Positions 1 to 6,578 of a stretch of 64,000 bases of DNA are shown piece after piece. The position numbers were made by a program, and so were the translations under genes. The notes under the pieces are model-generated. The model was given only the letters and a program-made list of their open reading frames with translations. It was not told the origin of the DNA and did not search any database. Position 1 is the first letter of the stretch. Every line of letters begins with the position of its first letter. This DNA comes from an uncultured Clostridia bacterium (GTDB lineage Bacteria > Bacillota > Clostridia > Christensenellales > Borkfalkiaceae), in contig CASESJ010000004.1 in NCBI GenBank assembly GCA_949290575.1, positions 48,981 to 112,980 of the forward strand. The letters are read 5' to 3'.

Positions 1-4
1 CCTT

Positions 5-2137
5 TTGTTATTTATCAGTTGCATTATCTGTGCGCTTGGATTTTCAGCATGTTCGTCAACCAATAAATACGGAAAAGAGGAAACCTATTATGACTTAAAC
101 AACGGCAATACCTTCTATTTCGACGGCAAAGGGAATTGCAATTACGCCGGTCTTGAATGTACATATGAAATCATGGATGATAATTATCGTATTTATTTCG
201 ACAAAACGGACAAAATGCTTATTTTTAAAAAAGTAAAAGATGGTGTTTTAATAGAAACGTTTAAGAATTTGAATTCATTTTTGAACGTACCCGTTCGTAG
301 CGGTTATATAAGCGGTAGCACAACAATAAATAATTCACTTGTCAATTATCATGAGGATGGTACATATGAAATGTATTTAGAGAATACACTTGTCGGAATT
401 GGAAATTACTATTTTAACGACGGTGTATTAATAACCGAGCAAACGTACGGAATGACAAGTAGCGGGTTTTGGCTTGAAGGTACATTATATTCTGCGGCTT
501 ATATAAATGAAGACACTGGAAAGTTATCAGGCGTAATATTGGCAAATCCTTCCTATTATCTGCAATGGCATTTTAATGATAACAATGATAATGAAGGCGA
601 CACGTCAACAAACACTCAGCATACGTTGACTTACGATTTGGATTATGACGGCTTAACCGTTACTGCAGAGCAAGTTGTAAAAGGCGAAATCGTAAATCTT
701 ATTACGCCCGAAAGAGCAGGCTACAAATTTTTAGGTTGGTATTACAACGGAAGTAAAATTGACAGCGGTGTTTGGGTATATGATTGCGATGTTACGCTCA
801 CGGCACATTGGGAAGCGATAAATTATTCTATTAAATATCATACAAATGGCGGGATATTGCCCGATTACTATTTAGAATCTTATACTGTATTAAGCGATTT
901 GCCGTACACGCTTCCCATCCCCATAAAGCAAGGGTTTAATTTTTTGGGTTGGTATGAGACATCTGACTTTTCCGGCGAACCAATAACAGACATACCAAAA
1001 AACAGTTTGCAAAATTATGTGTTATATGCGAAATATACCGATGAACAGTTATTGGAATTTGAACTTTCTTTTGACGAAACATATTATAGTGTTGTCGGCT
1101 ATAAGGGCTCGCCCCAATATATATCAATTCCAAAAGAAATAAACGGTTTGCCGGTAAAAGAAATAGCGGCTAAAGCATTTTCAGCGTGCGATAGTTTAAT
1201 TAATATATCTTTGCCCGACAGTGTAACAAGTATAGGTAATTGTGCGTTTTCTTATTGTTATTGGTTGACAAGTATAACTATACCCGACTGTGTAGCAGAA
1301 TTAGGTGAGTTCGCGTTTGAAGGTTGTAATAGATTGACGAATATAACTATTCCAACTAACGTAACAACTATTGGCCACGGTTTATTTTTGGGTTGCAGTA
1401 GTTTGATAAGCGTAACAATACCTGACAGTGTAACAAGTATTGGCGATTCGGCGTTTTCTTATTGCAGTAGTCTTACAAGCGTAACAATACCCAACAGTGT
1501 AACTAGCATCGGCAGATGGGCGTTTTCTGATTGCAGTAGTCTGACGAACATAACAATACCCGACAGTGTAACGGGTATTGGCGAGGGGGCGTTTTCTGAT
1601 TGCAGTAGTCTGACGAACATTACCATACCCGACAGTGTAACGAATATTGGCAGTTCGGCATTTCCAAATCATTTATACAATCGATATAGCGGGTGTTATT
1701 ATTTGCCGACAAAAAGCAGCGATTACGGCTTCTTATACGAACCGATAGATAAAGATACTATTGTAAACGTAAAAATACATACCGATTGCAAAATAATTAA
1801 TTATTCGGTATTTTCTAATTGTGACAACCTTACAAACGTAATTATGCCTGAAGGTGTAACAAAAATAGGCGATTACGCGTTTGCTTATTGTAGTAGTCTG
1901 ACTAGCGTAACAATTCCCGACAGTGTGACGAGTATCGGCAATTATACGTTTTATTATTGTGATAGCATGACAAGCGTATTTTATAAAGGTACTGCGGAGG
2001 ATTGGAACCATATAACACTTGGAGAATCCGCATTTATTCCGCAAAGTAAAATTTATTATTTCTCGGTCACAGAGCCTATAGATGGTGGAAACTATTGGCA
2101 TTACGATACAGACGAAACTACGCCTGTTATTTGGTGA
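5..2137 (+). CDS. Surface lipoprotein with Listeria-Bacteroides (InlB B-type) repeats and BspA-type leucine-rich repeats. It may be 5'-truncated by the window edge.
   Basis: Lipobox-like N-terminus LGFSAC. Two 'GY/FxFLGWY...LTAHWE/LYAKYT' repeats. Many 23-aa units 'IPDSVTSIGxxAFSxCSSLTSVT'. Confidence 0.8.
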   Translation: MLFISCIICALGFSACSSTNKYGKEETYYDLNNGNTFYFDGKGNCNYAGLECTYEIMDDNYRIYFDKTDKMLIFKKVKDGVLIETFKNLNSFLNVPVRSGYISGSTTINNSLVNYHEDGTYEMYLENTLVGIGNYYFNDGVLITEQTYGMTSSGFWLEGTLYSAAYINEDTGKLSGVILANPSYYLQWHFNDNNDNEGDTSTNTQHTLTYDLDYDGLTVTAEQVVKGEIVNLITPERAGYKFLGWYYNGSKIDSGVWVYDCDVTLTAHWEAINYSIKYHTNGGILPDYYLESYTVLSDLPYTLPIPIKQGFNFLGWYETSDFSGEPITDIPKNSLQNYVLYAKYTDEQLLEFELSFDETYYSVVGYKGSPQYISIPKEINGLPVKEIAAKAFSACDSLINISLPDSVTSIGNCAFSYCYWLTSITIPDCVAELGEFAFEGCNRLTNITIPTNVTTIGHGLFLGCSSLISVTIPDSVTSIGDSAFSYCSSLTSVTIPNSVTSIGRWAFSDCSSLTNITIPDSVTGIGEGAFSDCSSLTNITIPDSVTNIGSSAFPNHLYNRYSGCYYLPTKSSDYGFLYEPIDKDTIVNVKIHTDCKIINYSVFSNCDNLTNVIMPEGVTKIGDYAFAYCSSLTSVTIPDSVTSIGNYTFYYCDSMTSVFYKGTAEDWNHITLGESAFIPQSKIYYFSVTEPIDGGNYWHYDTDETTPVIW
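1451..1657. repeat. Three tandem 69-bp units (each one 23-aa LRR unit) inside the LRR gene
   Basis: Units start at 1451, 1520 and 1589, each beginning gcgttttct(t/g)attgcagtagtct. The last two are nearly identical over the first ~60 nt. Confidence 0.8.
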
Positions 2138-2147
2138 AAATAAGATT

Positions 2148-2447
2148 ATGGAGGCAATTATGAAACCTGAAAATGCAATTTGTCCGCGTAAAAGAATAAA
2201 AGATTTGAAAATTCTCTATACTGACGAAACAGACAATTTTTCTATTGCTTCGTTACTTTGGGATAAAAACAAGCGCATTGCTATACGTTGGAATGGCAGC
2301 GGAGATAGTTTAGGCTATCCTCAATCACGCGGGAAAGCTACTTGGTTTATTTTGCCGCAAAAGGTTGCTTTAGCGTTTGCTTTGTCTATTGGCAATGCAG
2401 AAATGGCACAAGTAATAAAAGCAACAACATCTACCCCGTTAATGTAG
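2148..2447 (+). CDS. Hypothetical small protein (99 aa; alternative start at 2160 behind GGAGG)
   Basis: Open frame directly after the LRR gene, with GGAGG at 2150-2154 five nt before ATG 2160. I recognise no motif. Confidence 0.4.
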   Translation: MEAIMKPENAICPRKRIKDLKILYTDETDNFSIASLLWDKNKRIAIRWNGSGDSLGYPQSRGKATWFILPQKVALAFALSIGNAEMAQVIKATTSTPLM

Positions 2448-2508
2448 TCGATGCTACTATTAAAATGATATTTAAGTAGCGAAACCCAAACAAACGTTTG
2501 TATTTCTA

Positions 2509-2537
2509 TTGACAGTAGCAACTTTATATGATATAAT
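2509..2537 (+). promoter_or_regulatory. Perfect sigma-70/sigA consensus promoter (TTGACA-17-TATAAT) preceded by the 12-nt palindrome ACAAACGTTTGT
   Basis: TTGACA 2509-2514, 17-nt spacer, TATAAT 2532-2537, palindrome 2490-2501. No convincing ORF lies downstream. Confidence 0.5.
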
Positions 2538-3365
2538 GCGAGAGTACAGGCGGATATGTTGCCTGTGCTCTTTTGCTGTGCATTTAATGTTGTACAGGTA
2601 CTCCTCTTCTACGAGAGGGTTAGCGCAGATATGACTGCGCCGCAGAGCGCAATGCTCTGTATGGATTTCAGCGCAAAATGCGCTGCACCCGAGCCGTCTG
2701 AAAGACGCGCCATAACGGGGTTTTGTAAGCGTACAATTTTTTGCTTAAATCCCGATAAATGGTCGTCTTTCTTCAAGCGAAGACAGACTTATTTTGTGTT
2801 ACAGTTTTTTACGAAATAAGTTGTTATCGCCTTTGTTTGGAAAAGATGTGCGATGGTAGGCTTTTAAGATGCCTTAAACTTTTGCCAAGCGGCGCGAAGC
2901 GACATTTGAGCAAAAGTTGCCGGTATCGCAATCGCAAAAATACTTTTTTGCGATTATTGTTGTACTCTTTTTTATGGAGTTAAGCCTTTTTATCTCACAT
3001 TTTTGGACGTGCCTTGATGGGCTTTTTCAGCGTACAAATTTTCAGATAACCGAGGAGAAAACAAAAGTTAATAAACCGAAAATTACATAGAATGGCTAAC
3101 CACCATAGAGCTTACAGCTAAACAAGGTTTTAAGTCGGTGATCGCGTTACAAGCATCAGCGGCTTTTTTGCGTTCTTTTTAGGCTATCGAACCCATGATT
3201 TTGCTCGTGGGTAATGATAAATAACAATCAAATCAGGAGGTAAAAAATGAACAAGCAAACGACAATCAGACCGCCATAAATCAGGCAAGCAAACGGAAAT
3301 TACAAAGCACTCAAAAGTCTTATTTCGGCAAGCAAACGTGAAGTGTTTTATAGATATTTCTTCCA

Positions 3366-3420
3366 CTTCGTGGGCTCGAAGTATAGCTCACTATACTTCG
3401 CAAGCGAAGTACCGTTCGCT
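3366..3420. other. Candidate oriT of the MobV relaxase (overlapping inverted repeats)
   Basis: CGAAGTATAG(3377-3386)-ctca-CTATACTTCG(3391-3400) is a perfect 10-bp IR. It overlaps CTTCG/CGAAG (3366-3381), ACTTCG/CGAAGT (3395-3410) and AGCGAA/TTCGCT (3403-3420). It sits 65-120 nt upstream of mob. Confidence 0.5.
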
Positions 3421-3483
3421 CTGCCGAGGGCTTTTAAAACAAAATAACGGGAGGTAAAAATTATAAGCTACTTAGTTTGTCAC

Positions 3484-4512
3484 ATGGAAAAATATCACAA
3501 GACGGATATTGCGCCCGTCGAACAGGAGAACGAGCGAGACGAAAATTATGTTGCCAACAATCCGCAGATAGACTGCACTCGTACCCGAAACAACTACAAC
3601 GTCATTAAGCGACAATGCTCCTACACTCAGCATATCAACAAAAGGATAGCGGACCTTGACTTGCCTACAAAAGTTCGCAAGGACGCAGTTCTAATGTGTT
3701 CGTTTGTCGTGGGTTCGGACAGAGAGTTTTTCAAAAATCTGTCGGCGCGTGAACAGGAAAAATTTTTTGCAGACTGCACCCGCTTCTTTGCGGACAGATA
3801 CAGCGAAGAAAATATTATTTCCGCCGTAGTCCACATGGACGAAAGCACGCCGCACCTGCACTTAAATTTAATCCCGATTGCAGACGGCAGGCTCTGCGCC
3901 AAGCAACTGTTTAACCGCAAGGCGCTGCAAACCTTGCAGACAGACTTTCACGCTTTCGTGGGAAAGAAATGGAACTTACAGCGCGGCAAGGAAGGCAGCA
4001 CTGCCAAGCACCTTGACACTATGTCGTACAAGGTCAAAAAGATGAAAGACGAAGCCGTAGCCGCCGTATTGCAAGCATCCGACGCCGAAAGACGAAAAGA
4101 AGCCGCAGAGCAAAGCCAAGCCCACGCGGAACAAGTCACGCATGAGCTTGAGGAAAAGCGTGAGCAATTACAACGTGAAGTTGCTCCTCTTCAAGCCGCC
4201 GCGGACGCCGCACAGGAATACAATGCAGGAAAGAGAAAACCTAACAAGAGAGACGTGCCGGCACTTGCCGCCGAGAATGCAAGATTAAAACAAGAGCTCG
4301 AATACAGTATCAAAGACCAGCATGACGTCTTTCAGCTCTACCAGAAGACCGAACGCGAGCGGCTGTCGCTACAAGAGGACGCCAAGACTTTGAGAGAGCT
4401 ACGAGAGCAAGCGCCTGACAAGCTCAAAGAGGCGATTGCAACTGCTGAGCAGCGAAAGGCGGCAAAGCGCAACACTCCCTTCAAAAGTGCTGGCAATGGT
4501 TGGAGCAAGTAA
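3484..4512 (+). CDS. mob: MobV-family plasmid recombination/mobilisation relaxase (Mob_Pre)
   Basis: HxDExxPHxH motif 'VVHMDESTPHLHLNLIP' and an N-terminal relaxase region followed by a long coiled-coil, Glu/Ala/Lys-rich C-terminus. Confidence 0.9.
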   Translation: MEKYHKTDIAPVEQENERDENYVANNPQIDCTRTRNNYNVIKRQCSYTQHINKRIADLDLPTKVRKDAVLMCSFVVGSDREFFKNLSAREQEKFFADCTRFFADRYSEENIISAVVHMDESTPHLHLNLIPIADGRLCAKQLFNRKALQTLQTDFHAFVGKKWNLQRGKEGSTAKHLDTMSYKVKKMKDEAVAAVLQASDAERRKEAAEQSQAHAEQVTHELEEKREQLQREVAPLQAAADAAQEYNAGKRKPNKRDVPALAAENARLKQELEYSIKDQHDVFQLYQKTERERLSLQEDAKTLRELREQAPDKLKEAIATAEQRKAAKRNTPFKSAGNGWSK

Positions 4513-4558
4513 AACTGAATAACCGCTAAAAAGGAGGAATTTTTATCGAATAAAATTT

Positions 4559-4726
4559 ATGTCGAGAAGAAGGAAAAATGATACAGGGATACCCGATTAC
4601 ATAATTGATTCCCTTGCAAGGGCAATGTTGCCCGCCATTCAAGAATACCTTTCCACAGAAGAAGGACAACGCGAATTTGAAGAATGGCGAGCGCATAGAA
4701 ATTCACAACTTAATAACAAAACTTAA
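4559..4726 (+). CDS. Possible small ORF (55 aa, MSRRRKNDTGIPDYIIDSLARAMLPAIQEYLSTEEGQREFEEWRAHRNSQLNNKT)
   Basis: My own translation; it is below the ORF-track cutoff. The sequence looks helical and protein-like, but AGGAGG (4532-4537) is 21 nt from the ATG. Confidence 0.25.
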   Translation: MSRRRKNDTGIPDYIIDSLARAMLPAIQEYLSTEEGQREFEEWRAHRNSQLNNKT

Positions 4727-4862
4727 TATTTGTTCCCTTTAAAATGTACAGGGATAACCGTTAAATGTGTACGGTATATGCGAACCGCCGTGTGAGCGGT
4801 ATACAAATAGATTTACAGCCAGTCAAAAAGTTAAGCCGAGGGTTAAACCCACATAAACGGCA

Positions 4863-4901
4863 GGCGGTGGGTGCATTGCAATGCGCCCGCCGCCATTTTT
4901 G
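4863..4901 (+). terminator. Rho-independent terminator closing the mob transcription unit
   Basis: A 13-bp stem GGCGGTGGGTGCA/TGCGCCCGCCGCC (two G:U pairs, so specific to the plus strand) is followed by ATTTTTG. Confidence 0.7.
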
Positions 4902-4966
4902 TCAAAAAAATAAAAATATATGTGATTTAAATGTTTAACCTATGAAAAAGGTGTGTATTATATAAT

Positions 4967-5215
4967 AGCTAATACTCATGGTCGCATTATATTACCTCGC
5001 AAGGTTCGCGCATAGCGAATGGACCCTAATGGGTATTTCGTCGGGAGGAGTGCATGAAATCCAGACAGGTATTTAATTATTTCTACCTGTTCCTCTTGGG
5101 CGAGGGGCGCTTTGCGCCTCAGAAAAATTGATAATTACGATTCTAAACCATCCTGACATTACCGAAATTGTTTAATGGCATGGGCGAGGGTCTCAAGCTA
5201 ATTGAGATACTATTA
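4967..5215 (+). ncRNA. Candidate retron msr-msd-type structured leader RNA (boundaries unresolved)
   Basis: ORF-free stretch between the terminator and the SD of the 76-aa ORF, with TATAAT at 4961-4966. Hairpins at 5005-5019, 5023-5034, 5039-5102 (composite), 5104-5120 and 5191-5207. TGGGCGAGGG is duplicated at 5097-5106 and 5181-5190. Confidence 0.3.
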
Positions 5216-5235
5216 AACAAGGAGGTGTTAAACAA

Positions 5236-5466
5236 ATGTCAGCGAATAAAAATTTTGATAAGCATAACATTACTAATATTACTATCAATATTGGTAATGT
5301 CTATGTGCAAAACAATGTCTCTGCTACCAATGATTTACTTAAAAATGGTAGTGCTACTGAAAAATCAAGTTTTTATAATGTATTAGCTAGAATCGGTGGT
5401 TTTTTCAAAAGATTAGCAACAAAAATACTTTGTTTTATTCGCAATCTGTTGCTACTCTTGAACTAA
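5236..5466 (+). CDS. 76-aa protein of unknown function with a basic/hydrophobic C-terminal tail (candidate retron effector)
   Basis: AAGGAGG 5219-5225 lies 10 nt before the ATG. The C-terminus is FYNVLARIGGFFKRLATKILCFIRNLLLLLN. It sits directly upstream of the RT in the same orientation. Confidence 0.5.
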   Translation: MSANKNFDKHNITNITINIGNVYVQNNVSATNDLLKNGSATEKSSFYNVLARIGGFFKRLATKILCFIRNLLLLLN

Positions 5467-5507
5467 CATTATCAATTAATTTCTGATCAATAAATAAGTG
5501 ATAGCTT

Positions 5508-6473
5508 ATGAATTATAAATTATGCCCTCTGTACGGACTTAAATCCAAAAAAACGTTAAAAGAATTGCTAGGAATGGATACTCCTAGCTTTTTAACTATT
5601 AATGCCAAATCCATATCAGGTACAATAAAACCCAGAATTGACTACAAAAAGGGAAAGAGCAGATTAGTTGAGCCGCCGTATTACCAATTAAAACTAGCAC
5701 AAGCTAGATTATTAAAATATCTTCAAAAAATAGATTACGAGCCGTATGTTTTTTCTGGAATTAAGGGACGCACTGTAGCAGATAATGCTAGAATACATTG
5801 CGGTTACAAATATGTATATCAAACAGATTTGTCAAAATTTTTTCCGCATATAACCCGAAATAAGGTTTATTATTTCTTTTTAAAAAAAATGGCAATGTCA
5901 GAGGATGTATCCAAGATTTTGGCGGATATTTGCACGATTGATTATAAGTATGTAGACAATCAAAAATATAAAGAAGTATATGACTTTCTCATCTCTAATG
6001 GGCTCAAACCAAATACGCATTTAATGACAGGCTCTCCTGTAAGTTGCATTTTATCATATCTGGTAAACCTTGATATGTTTAATCTTATTTATCATAAAGG
6101 AATAAAAAATAATATAGCTATTAGTATTTACATAGACGATATAACCTTCTCATCAATCAACCCAATATCCAATAGTTTTATCTCATGTATAACTAAAACA
6201 TTAAAGCATTTTGGATATAAAATTTCTGCGCATAAATGTGAATATAATATACCGGGCAAAGTAAAGAAAATAACTGGCGTTATCATTGATAAAAACGGTG
6301 CAATGAAAGTTGCTAACCATATCAAATATCGTGTCCATTCAGGACTTAGCGCATTAAAACGATTTGAAAGCACTGATATGAGTAAATTGAAAGGCTATCT
6401 CAGTTTTAGCGCGATAATAGAGCCAAAATATGCAACAACACAAAAGCTGATTTATGAAAAATACCAAACATAA
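5508..6473 (+). CDS. Retron-type reverse transcriptase (stand-alone RT, 321 aa)
   Basis: Ordered motifs: RLVEPPYYQLKLAQ; ADNARIH (NAxxH); YQTDLSKFFPHI; TGSPVSCILSYLVNLDM; YIDDITFS (YxDD); GYKISAHK; KKITGVIID (VTG-type); KGYLSFS tail. No maturase, endonuclease or other fused domain. Confidence 0.85.
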   Translation: MNYKLCPLYGLKSKKTLKELLGMDTPSFLTINAKSISGTIKPRIDYKKGKSRLVEPPYYQLKLAQARLLKYLQKIDYEPYVFSGIKGRTVADNARIHCGYKYVYQTDLSKFFPHITRNKVYYFFLKKMAMSEDVSKILADICTIDYKYVDNQKYKEVYDFLISNGLKPNTHLMTGSPVSCILSYLVNLDMFNLIYHKGIKNNIAISIYIDDITFSSINPISNSFISCITKTLKHFGYKISAHKCEYNIPGKVKKITGVIIDKNGAMKVANHIKYRVHSGLSALKRFESTDMSKLKGYLSFSAIIEPKYATTQKLIYEKYQT

Positions 6474-6477
6474 AGTG

Positions 6478-6512
6478 AGGGATTGCTATTTACAGCAATC
6501 CCTTAAATTTTA
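6478..6512 (+). terminator. Intrinsic terminator after the RT gene
   Basis: 10-bp stem AGGGATTGCT/AGCAATCCCT with a 6-nt loop, followed by taaatttt (weak U-tract). Confidence 0.5.
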
Positions 6513-6530
6513 CTTACACTCACTTATAAT

Positions 6531-6578
6531 AAGAGAAAATCCGAACCATTCGCTGGATATCAGCAAATAATTCGGATT
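6531..6578 (-). terminator. Probable terminator of the tRNA operon
   Basis: AATCCGAA(6538-6545)/TTCGGATT(6571-6578) stem with an inner GCTG/CAGC stem. On the minus strand it is followed by TTTTCTCTT. The loop is large. Confidence 0.4.

Noticed and set aside
2556-2983. Two overlapping plus-strand ORFs (87 and 74 aa) in the structured region
   Set aside because: They have no RBS and an odd Cys/Phe/Arg-rich composition. The reading frames run through consecutive GC hairpins, so non-coding is more likely.
3181-3215. ATCGAACCCA resembles the T-arm of the nearby tRNA-Gly, raising the possibility of a tRNA fragment or att remnant
   Set aside because: The flanking sequence cannot form a T-stem or acceptor stem, and a 10-nt match alone is not meaningful.
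5168-5386. 72-aa alternative-frame ORF with a TM-like segment upstream of and overlapping the 76-aa ORF
   Set aside because: It has a TTG start with no Shine-Dalgarno, whereas the overlapping 5236 ORF has AAGGAGG at ideal spacing. It is kept only as an alternative in the findings.
5508-6473. Could the RT belong to a group II intron, a diversity-generating retroelement or an Abi/DRT system instead of a retron?
   Set aside because: At 321 aa it has no X/maturase, DNA-binding or endonuclease domain, and I saw no intron domain V/VI-like RNA flanking it. No TR/VR pair was found: the only nearby repeat is 14 nt, far too short and not an A-mutated copy. Motif 4 is TGSPVS rather than the DGR-type xGNxxSQ. 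AbiA/AbiK/Abi-P2 RTs are much longer. NAxxH and VTG-type boxes favour a retron. DRT/UG membership cannot be fully excluded without a phylogeny.
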